Of a stretch of 64,000 nucleotides of DNA, positions 57,273-64,000 are shown one piece after another (within the stretch, counting starts at the first letter, position 1; each line of letters starts with the position of its first letter). The DNA lies in assembly GCA_963746845.1 (NCBI GenBank), contig CAVVCZ010000004.1, forward strand, positions 448,001 through 512,000. The letters run 5' to 3'. The position numbers were made by a program, and so were the translations under genes. This DNA is from an uncultured Chloroflexia bacterium (lineage in GTDB: Bacteria; Chloroflexota; Limnocylindria; Limnocylindrales; CSP1-4). The notes beneath the pieces are model-generated. The model was not told the origin of the DNA. It ran no database searches and worked only from the letters and a program-made list of their open reading frames with translations.

Positions 57273-58705
57273 CCGTGGTCCTCGTCGGCGTACGGCAGGA
57301 CCGTATCGGCGGCGGTCATCGGAGCGGACCGGAGCTTCGGATCACCGCCGTCGACCCGCGACTGGACGACGAGGAAGAGGAGCACCGCGAGCATCAGGGC
57401 CAGGGGGAAGCCGAACGTCACCACCACGGCCGCTGCGGCAGCGGGCTGGACGGTCGGGCCGATCCGGTCGGCGACGCTGCGGACGAACACGCCGACGAAC
57501 TCGATCGGGTTCTTCGGCCGTGCGGCGAGGGGCACGAGCGGCTGGACCGTCGTCGTGAGCGTGGTGTTGTCGGAGCCGGAGCCGTGACCGGTCGAGCCGC
57601 CGGTGCCGGCGGAGCCACCGGTGCCGGACGACCCGCCGGATCCGGTCGGGTCGTCCGGGCCACCGAGGCTGCCGACCGGCGGGAGGAGCCCGGCCAGCGG
57701 GTTCGCGGCATTGACCTCGGGCTCGCTGTCGGGGACGTCCGACGAGGACGGTTCCGGGCTCGCGCTCGGCGCGGGCGACGGCTCGTCGGACGCCGACGGC
57801 GTCGGGGCCGGGGTCGATGACGGCACGAGATTGGGCGCCGGCGTTGGCACCGGTTTGGGTGTCGGCGTTGGTGTCGGCGTGGGCGTGGGCGTCGGCGTGG
57901 GCGTCGGCGTCGGCGTGGGCGTGGGCGTGGGCGTGGGCGTCGGCGTTGGCGTTGGCGTGGGCGTCGGCGTCGGCGTCGGCGTTGGCGTGGGCGTCGGCGT
58001 CGGCGTCGGGGTAGGAGTGGGAGTGGGCGTCGGTGTGGGCGTCGGCGTCGGCGTGGGCGTGGGCGTCGGCGTCGGCGTAGGAGTGGGAGTCGGCGTCGGA
58101 GTGGGAGTCGGCGTGGGCGTCGGCGTCGGTGTGGGCGTCGGCGTCGGGGTCGGGGTCGGCGTGGGCGTCGGCGTCGGGGTCGGGGTCGGCGTGGGAGTCG
58201 GCGTCGGGGTCGGCGTCGGCGACGTCCCCGAGATCGTTCGATGCACGACGTCGACACGCTCGCCGATCGACGGGAACGAGCCCGAGTGCCAGTCGAGGGC
58301 GTCCGCGTCGAAGCCCAGGATCCGGTCCTCGCCGGCGTTGTCCGCGACGTAGCTGACGGAGCACTCGCCGCCCCCGTCGGTGTGGCAGCTCATGTCCGGG
58401 CTGAAGATCGATCCGCCCGGATCGTTGTCGCTGCCGCCGAGGAAGAAGAACAGGATCGTGTGACCGGACGGATCGGGATTGCCATCCTCGTCGTGGATCG
58501 ACGCGTGGAGGACGACCGTGTCGCCCTGCGCCGTCGTGCCGTCCTCGGGTGTGACGTCGAGGCCGGGTTGGCCCGAGGCGGCCAGGGCCGTGATCCCGGT
58601 CATGGGGACCGCCATCGGCAGGATCATGGATGCCACGAGGGCGAGACCGGACAGGACCGCGATCCCGGAGGCGCGGCGGCGGATCGTTCGTGTCGAGCGG
58701 TCCAC
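57269..58705 (-). CDS. Secreted, C-terminally membrane-anchored protein with an Ig-like head and a very long Pro-Thr stalk
   Basis: GGAGGTG RBS plus GTG, signal peptide, about 120-aa beta-rich domain with a Cys pair, P(TP)60, S/G-rich spacer, TM helix and [11 protein letters not shown] tail. Its stop overlaps the next ATG. Confidence 0.85.
   Translation of the reverse strand: MDRSTRTIRRRASGIAVLSGLALVASMILPMAVPMTGITALAASGQPGLDVTPEDGTTAQGDTVVLHASIHDEDGNPDPSGHTILFFFLGGSDNDPGGSIFSPDMSCHTDGGGECSVSYVADNAGEDRILGFDADALDWHSGSFPSIGERVDVVHRTISGTSPTPTPTPTPTPTPTPTPTPTPTPTPTPTPTPTPTPTPTPTPTPTPTPTPTPTPTPTPTPTPTPTPTPTPTPTPTPTPTPTPTPTPTPTPTPTPTPTPTPTPTPTPTPTPTPTPTPTPTPTPKPVPTPAPNLVPSSTPAPTPSASDEPSPAPSASPEPSSSDVPDSEPEVNAANPLAGLLPPVGSLGGPDDPTGSGGSSGTGGSAGTGGSTGHGSGSDNTTLTTTVQPLVPLAARPKNPIEFVGVFVRSVADRIGPTVQPAAAAAVVVTFGFPLALMLAVLLFLVVQSRVDGGDPKLRSAPMTAADTVLPYADEDHG
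57857..58219 (-). repeat. 363-nt hexamer tandem repeat encoding P(TP)60
   Basis: Degenerate (ACNCCN)n array with synonymous variation only. Confidence 0.95.
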
Positions 58706-59103
58706 GGGTCACCTCCCTCGCTGGTGCCCAGTCCCGGCGAGTGAGCGTAGCCCCGGTGGCTCCGTCGGCCGTGACACCCGATTGGCGGTCGAGCGCACGA
58801 ACCGTATGGGGCGCACCGAACACGACCGAGAGACGAAGTAGTACCCGGGCCGCGACGCCCGCCGTAGGCCGGTGCACCGGTGCCACGGTGCATCCGCGCA
58901 CGTCCCACGCGGACGGGGGGTCGAACGTCCTGTCGCGTGGCCGGTCGGGGGCGATGGTGGGCGGTCCGGGTCCATCGCCGGCCGCGGACGTCGAGTCGAT
59001 CCCGCATCGTCGCCGACCCGATCCACAGGGCGAGGCGACCCCACCGGACCGCCGACCAGCCCGTATCGTGGGCACCGAGGAACGATGGAGGAGGGGCCCG
59101 CGC

Positions 59104-61443
59104 GTGACCGAACGCACCGATTCCGGCGGCACGGAGCAGCCATCGGCACGTCCGTGGATCCGCGCCGACGGCTGGGCGAAGGCCACCGGGCAGGCGCGCT
59201 ACACCGCGGACCTCGCATCTCCCGGTCTCGTCCACGCCCGTCTGCTGCTCGCCGGGCGGGCCCATGCGCGGATCCGCCGGCTCGACACGACCCGGGCCCG
59301 CACGCTCCGCGGCGTCGTCGCCGTCCTGACCGCGGCTGACGTCCCCGATCGTCGCTACGGCTCGTTCGACTTCGTCCTCGATCGGACCCTGTTCGCCCGC
59401 GACGTCGTCCGGTTCGAGGGAGAGGTCGTCGCGGCGGTCGCGGCCCTCACGCCCGAGATCGCGTCGTCGGCACTCGAGGCGATCGAGGTCGACTACGAGG
59501 ACCTGGCGCCGATCCTCGACGTCGAGGCAGCGCTCGAGCCCGGGTCCGCCCTGGTCCACGAGGCGGTTGCGACGTATGCCCACGACCCGGAGATCGCCCC
59601 GGCCGGGAACCTCGCCAGCCGCTCCACGGTGGTCAAGGGGGATGCCGCGGCCGCCCTCGAGACGTCGCCGATCGTCGTGCGCGAGCGGTACGTCGCCGAC
59701 ATGGCCCACCCCGTCCCGATCGAGCCGCACAGCGTCACCGCGGAGTGGGCGGGCGACCGGGTCACGATCCATTCGAGCACCCAGGTCCCGTTCACCGCCC
59801 GGAAGATGACCGCCGAGGTCCTCGAGATCCCCGAGCAGTCGGTGCGGGTCGTCGTCACCCATCTCGGCGGGGGGTTCGGCGGCAAGTGCGACTTCCACTT
59901 CGAAGCGCATGTCGCCGCTCTTGCCCGCGCGGCCCGCCGGCCGGTCCGCCTCGTCCTGACCCGACGCGAGGAGTTCGTCGCACCGGACAAGGTCACCCAC
60001 GGGATGGTCGTCGACGTCACGACGGGCCTCTCGGAGGACGGCACGATCCTCGCACGGACCGCGCGGATCATCCTCGATTCCGGCGCCTATGCCAGCGACA
60101 CCCCGGTCCTCGGCCAGGTCGCGGCGATGATGGTCGCCGGCCCGTACCGGATCCCGCACGTCGACATCGAGGCGCTGTGCGTCTACACGAACCGGACGCC
60201 GTCCGGCTCCGTCCGCGCGCCGACCGGCCCGCAGGCGTGCTGGGCGATCGAGGGGCACCACGACGTTCTTGCCGCGCGGGTCGGCCTCGATCCGGTCGAA
60301 TTCCGGCGGCGGAATCTCGTCCGGGACGGCGACGAGGGCCCGACCCGGCAACGACACGAGGGCAACGGGGCGATCGAGACCCTCGAGCTGGCGGTCGAGC
60401 GCGCCCACGCCGCCGGGCCGCTCGGCCCGAACGAAGCGATCGGGGTCGCCTCGGGCTGGTGGTTCAGCGCGCCGGGACCATCCGGCGCGTTCGTCCGGAT
60501 CGAGTCGGACGGCAGCGGCCGGATCGTCACCGGCGCCCAGGAGAACGGGACTGGCGCGGTGATGGGTCTTGCGATCCTCGCGGCGGAGGAGCTGGGCATG
60601 CGTCCGGAGCAGTTCGCGATCACCTGCCAGGACACGGACACCGGCCCATACGACGGCGGCAGCTCCGGCAGCCAGACGACGTTCAACAATGGGCGTGCGG
60701 TCGTCGAGGCCGCCGTCGAGGTCCGCCGGCAGTTCCTGGAGCTGGCCGCCGCGGCACTCGAGGCGAGCGTCGACGACCTCGAGCTGGCCGACGGCTCCGT
60801 CGGCGTGAAGGGCAGCCCCGACCGCAAGGTCACGATCGCACAGCTCGCGTCGACCGCCCATGACGGCGCGCTGCTCCTCGCCCGCGGCTCCGGGATGCCG
60901 CCACCGTCGCCGGACTGCGACGTCTCGGGCTGCGTCGGCCGCCTGGGGTTCGAGTCGTTCGCCGCGCCGACGTACTTCTGCCATGCGGTGCGGGTCACGG
61001 TCGACCGGGCGACCGGGATCACCCGGACGACGAAGGTCGTCGCCGCCACGGACGTCGGTCGCGTGATCAACGGGACCGGAGCCCTTGGCCAGGTCACCGG
61101 CGGTGTCGTGATGGCGCTCGGCAACGCGACGCTCGAGGGGACGACGTACGGCGACGACGGCCGGCAGCGGAACCCGTCGCTGCTCGACTACAAGCTGCTC
61201 ACCAGCGCCGACGCGCCCGAGATCGAGGCGATCTTCGTCGAGAACCCGGCGTCGGACGGTGGACCCCGCGGATTGAAGGGCGTCGGCGAGCCACCGATCG
61301 TCCCGACCGCGGGCGCCGTGGGGAACGCCATCGCCGCCGCCACCGGCGCGAGGGTCCGGCACCTGCCGATGACACCGGAACGCGTCTGGCGGGCGATCGC
61401 CGGCGCGGACGACGGCGTCGCGGTGGCGGGATCCGCCCGATGA
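59104..61443 (+). CDS. Xanthine dehydrogenase-family molybdopterin-binding large subunit
   Basis: KATGQARYTADL, PIEPH, STQVP, LGGGFGGK, DVGRVIN, GQVTGG, LLDYK and KGVGEPP motifs. Confidence 0.92.
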   Translation: MTERTDSGGTEQPSARPWIRADGWAKATGQARYTADLASPGLVHARLLLAGRAHARIRRLDTTRARTLRGVVAVLTAADVPDRRYGSFDFVLDRTLFARDVVRFEGEVVAAVAALTPEIASSALEAIEVDYEDLAPILDVEAALEPGSALVHEAVATYAHDPEIAPAGNLASRSTVVKGDAAAALETSPIVVRERYVADMAHPVPIEPHSVTAEWAGDRVTIHSSTQVPFTARKMTAEVLEIPEQSVRVVVTHLGGGFGGKCDFHFEAHVAALARAARRPVRLVLTRREEFVAPDKVTHGMVVDVTTGLSEDGTILARTARIILDSGAYASDTPVLGQVAAMMVAGPYRIPHVDIEALCVYTNRTPSGSVRAPTGPQACWAIEGHHDVLAARVGLDPVEFRRRNLVRDGDEGPTRQRHEGNGAIETLELAVERAHAAGPLGPNEAIGVASGWWFSAPGPSGAFVRIESDGSGRIVTGAQENGTGAVMGLAILAAEELGMRPEQFAITCQDTDTGPYDGGSSGSQTTFNNGRAVVEAAVEVRRQFLELAAAALEASVDDLELADGSVGVKGSPDRKVTIAQLASTAHDGALLLARGSGMPPPSPDCDVSGCVGRLGFESFAAPTYFCHAVRVTVDRATGITRTTKVVAATDVGRVINGTGALGQVTGGVVMALGNATLEGTTYGDDGRQRNPSLLDYKLLTSADAPEIEAIFVENPASDGGPRGLKGVGEPPIVPTAGAVGNAIAAATGARVRHLPMTPERVWRAIAGADDGVAVAGSAR

Positions 61444-62369
61444 CGAGTCGGTTCGCCGCTCCGACGCGTCTGGGCGACGCCCTGGCCCTGCTGGCCGCCG
61501 ATCCCGCAGCCCGGCCGGTCGCCGGCGGGACCGACCTGGTGGTCGCCGCGCGCCAGGGCCGGCGGACACTGCCCGAGGCGATCGTCGCCGTCGACCGGGT
61601 CGAGGAGCTCGCCGGCGCGGGGGTCGGCTCCGACGATGGGGCGCTCGTCCTCGGGGCGCTGACGACGCACGCCTGGCTGGCCGGGTCGCCCGATGTCCGA
61701 TCCCGATGGTCCGCGCTCGCCGACGCGGCCGCGATCATCGGATCGCCGGCGACCCGGGCGATGGGCACGATCGGCGGCAACCTGATGAACGCGTCCCCGG
61801 CTGCCGACACGACGGGTCCGCTCGTCGTGCTGGATGCGGTTGCGTCGCTCCGGTCGGCAGATGGCGGCGCCCGGGTGGTGCCGGTGTCCGCTCTCGCGGC
61901 CGGACCCGGACGGACCGTCGCCACGGCGACGGAGCTGCTGACCCACGTCCATGTCCCGGGCGGGGGCCCCGGGAGCGGCAGCGCCTACATCCGGCTCGAG
62001 TTCCGACGGGCGATGGAGATCGCCGTCGTCGGGGCGGCCGTGTGGGTCACGATCGCCGGCGACGGGACGATTGCCGCTGCCCGGGTGGCCCTGACGGCGG
62101 TCGCCCCGACGGTCATCCGCTCGCCCGGTGCGGAAGCGGCCCTCGCGGGCGCGCGCGCGAGCATCGATGCCGGTGAAGCCGGTCGGGCCGCAGGCGCCGC
62201 CGCCCCGCGCGATGCCGCGCCGATCGACGACGTCCGGGCGAGCGCCGACTACCGGCGGGCGATGCTCGACGTCGTCGTCCGGCGAACGGTCGCCGCCGCG
62301 ATCGCCCGCGCCCGGGGCGAGGACATTCCGGTCCCGGCCTCGCGCTGGGCCTTCGGCCAGGAGTCCTGA
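61440..62369 (+). CDS. Xanthine dehydrogenase-family FAD-binding medium subunit
   Basis: AGGTDL, IGSPATRAMGTIGGNLMNASPAAD and PIDDVRASADYR motifs. Confidence 0.92.
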   Translation: MTSRFAAPTRLGDALALLAADPAARPVAGGTDLVVAARQGRRTLPEAIVAVDRVEELAGAGVGSDDGALVLGALTTHAWLAGSPDVRSRWSALADAAAIIGSPATRAMGTIGGNLMNASPAADTTGPLVVLDAVASLRSADGGARVVPVSALAAGPGRTVATATELLTHVHVPGGGPGSGSAYIRLEFRRAMEIAVVGAAVWVTIAGDGTIAAARVALTAVAPTVIRSPGAEAALAGARASIDAGEAGRAAGAAAPRDAAPIDDVRASADYRRAMLDVVVRRTVAAAIARARGEDIPVPASRWAFGQES

Positions 62370-62373
62370 GGTG

Positions 62374-62850
62374 ATGGAGCCGCTCCAGCTGACGGTCGAC
62401 GGCGTCGAGCTGTCCGCGTCCGTCGACCCCGGCCGAACGCTGCTCCGGGTCCTCCGCGACGACCTGGGTCTGACCGGGACGAAGGAGGGCTGCGACGACT
62501 CCGAATGCGGCGCCTGCATGGTCCTCGTCGACGGCCGGCCGGTGAACTCCTGCTCCTACCTCGCGCTCCAGGCGGCCGGCCGATCGATCACGACGGTCGC
62601 CGGCCTCGCCGGCGCCGATGGCGAGCTCCATCCGCTCCAGCGCGCGTTCCTCGAGGGGGGCGGCATCCAGTGCGGGTTCTGCACGCCCGGGATGCTGATC
62701 TCGGCCGCGGCGCTGCTCGCGACCGACGCGGACCCCTCGGAGGAGGCGATCCGCGACGCCCTGGCCGGCAACCTGTGCCGGTGCACGGGCTACCAGCCGA
62801 TCATCCGCGCCGTCCGGCAGGCCGCGGCGGACCTGCGAGCCCGGCCCTGA
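62374..62850 (+). CDS. Xanthine dehydrogenase-family [2Fe-2S] small subunit
   Basis: [25 protein letters not shown] and GNLCRCTGY motifs. Confidence 0.93.
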   Translation: MEPLQLTVDGVELSASVDPGRTLLRVLRDDLGLTGTKEGCDDSECGACMVLVDGRPVNSCSYLALQAAGRSITTVAGLAGADGELHPLQRAFLEGGGIQCGFCTPGMLISAAALLATDADPSEEAIRDALAGNLCRCTGYQPIIRAVRQAAADLRARP

Positions 62851-62851
62851 C

Positions 62852-64000
62852 TCAACGCCAGTCGGGGAAGCCGGAGCTGGCATTCGGGATCGAGAACGTC
62901 CCGGCCTGCGTCCCGTTGCGGTCGACGATCACGATCGCACCCGCCCGGGCGAAGGCGATGTACACGCTGTCCGGAGACCACGTGGGGTCGTTCGCGTTCT
63001 CGTCGCCGGACGCGATGATCTTGCCCTCCTTGCCGTCCGATCGCATCAGCCACAGCTCTTTCGGCGCCGTCTTGGTCGCGCGGCGCGTGGCGGCGATCCA
63101 GTTGCCGTCGGGCGACCACGAAGGGTCGTCGTAGATCCCTTGGTCGGAGGTCACGGGAACGACGTTCTTGCCATCGCTCGCCCGCATCGTGTAGATCCAC
63201 TGGCGTCCGGCCCGCCTCGAGGCGAACGCGATTCTGTCGCCCTGCGGCGACCAGCTCGGGTCCCAGTCGTCCACCACATTGGTGGTCAGTCGCTGCGGCA
63301 GGCCGGTCAGGTCCGCGATCGCCCGGCGATAGATCTCGAGGTTTCCGAAGGAGCGGTCGCTGGCAAAGGCGATCGTCAATCTGTCGGGTGACCAGGCCGG
63401 GTTCAGATCCTCGCTGTGATGCGTGAAATTCGGCATCGGCTTGCCGTCGCTCGTGACGATCGAGAGCCCTGTCGGCCCTCGGTAGACGACCTGCGTCCGA
63501 TCCGGGGACCAGGAGGGGTCCGTCTGGGTCCCGGTCCCGGACACGAGCGAGGTCGGGCTGGAACCGTCGGGTGGCGCGACCCACAGGTCCGCATCCCCCC
63601 CGACCACGGCGCCAAACACGATCCTCGTATCGGGCAGGATCGGCCCCACGACGACGGCCGACGAGCCGTTGCTCGCGGACGGCGCGGCCGGCGATCCCGA
63701 AGCCGCCGCCGCGCTGGACGACGCCACGGCGGTCGAGCCCGACGCGGCCGCGGCGCTGCTCGGCCGCAGGCTCGCGGTCGGCGACGCACAGTCGCGCCCG
63801 ACGCAGGTGAACGCAGCGAGACCGACGCCGGCGACCAGGGCGAACGCCGAACCAGCCAGACCGATGACGGCGATGCGCTTCCGCCTCGCGCGCCGCTCGG
63901 CCTCGGCCTGGGCGGCAGCAGCCGCCGCCGCAGCCGCGGCCTCCTCGTGCGCCTTCCGCTCCGCCGCGGCATCCGCCTCGGCCTTCGCCCGCGCCTGACG
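62852..64000 (-). CDS. Membrane protein with an extracytoplasmic TolB-like PD40 beta-propeller (N-terminus lies beyond the window)
   Basis: The frame is open to position 64000: Ala/Glu/Arg-rich helix, TM segment, Ser/Ala linker, then five P.WSP repeats. Confidence 0.82.
   Translation of the reverse strand, partial: RQARAKAEADAAAERKAHEEAAAAAAAAAAQAEAERRARRKRIAVIGLAGSAFALVAGVGLAAFTCVGRDCASPTASLRPSSAAAASGSTAVASSSAAAASGSPAAPSASNGSSAVVVGPILPDTRIVFGAVVGGDADLWVAPPDGSSPTSLVSGTGTQTDPSWSPDRTQVVYRGPTGLSIVTSDGKPMPNFTHHSEDLNPAWSPDRLTIAFASDRSFGNLEIYRRAIADLTGLPQRLTTNVVDDWDPSWSPQGDRIAFASRRAGRQWIYTMRASDGKNVVPVTSDQGIYDDPSWSPDGNWIAATRRATKTAPKELWLMRSDGKEGKIIASGDENANDPTWSPDSVYIAFARAGAIVIVDRNGTQAGTFSIPNASSGFPDWR

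Noticed and set aside
57857-58219. Repeat array as a CRISPR or telomere-like element
   Set aside because: Hexamer period with synonymous variation and no unique spacers; it is coding.
57603-58352. Plus-strand poly(GV) ORF and poly(AW/AS) or poly-R ORFs over the repeat
   Set aside because: These are alternative frames of the PT repeat. Only the minus-strand frame has an RBS, signal peptide and TM anchor.
58715-58860. Possible c-di-GMP-I riboswitch upstream of the stalk/GGDEF-EAL operon
   Set aside because: Only a loose resemblance (GACGGAGCCACCGGGGCTAC). The GGCAAA, GNRA tetraloop and GCAAAG elements were not found. An Infernal search would settle it.
59104-61443. Aerobic CO dehydrogenase (coxL)
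   Set aside because: No AYxCSFR motif, and the gene order is not coxMSL.
103-63998. Numerous long antisense or overlapping ORFs in the track (e.g. 5542-8181, 48005-50758, 58624-61569)
   Set aside because: Shadow ORFs expected at high GC: Arg/Pro/Gly-rich, no family motifs, and opposite well-supported genes.

Overview
High-GC (visually about 70%), gene-dense bacterial chromosome segment. Gene content and style suggest a Chloroflexota- or Actinomycetota-like organism (inference only). No rRNA, tRNA, CRISPR array, transposase, integrase or phage gene was recognised. It carries housekeeping genes (serA plus a class V aminotransferase, murJ, murI, rarA, ychF, an ftsB/divIC-like gene), a LacI/GH13/ABC alpha-glucoside cluster, a 12-kb myo-inositol cluster, two DNA-repair helicase loci, two c-di-GMP enzymes and a three-subunit xanthine-dehydrogenase-family molybdoenzyme. 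Main leads: (1) the inositol cluster has no recognisable iolJ and no iolC inside it, but has a non-canonical transaldolase-family gene between iolA and iolB, suggesting a kinase-free route from 2-deoxy-5-keto-gluconate; (2) a TGACA-N7-TGTCAC palindrome, followed 10 nt later by an nAnnnT hexamer, occurs three times at DNA-repair loci and resembles WYL/PafBC-type activator promoters, and one locus also has a LexA-like box and a divergent cell-division gene; (3) a surface protein with a P(TP)60 stalk is translationally coupled to a membrane GGDEF-EAL protein; (4) a 124-nt thiolase relic with two deletions; (5) three copies of TCCGA-NN-TCGGA upstream of ychF. All functional calls come from reading motifs by eye, with no database search.
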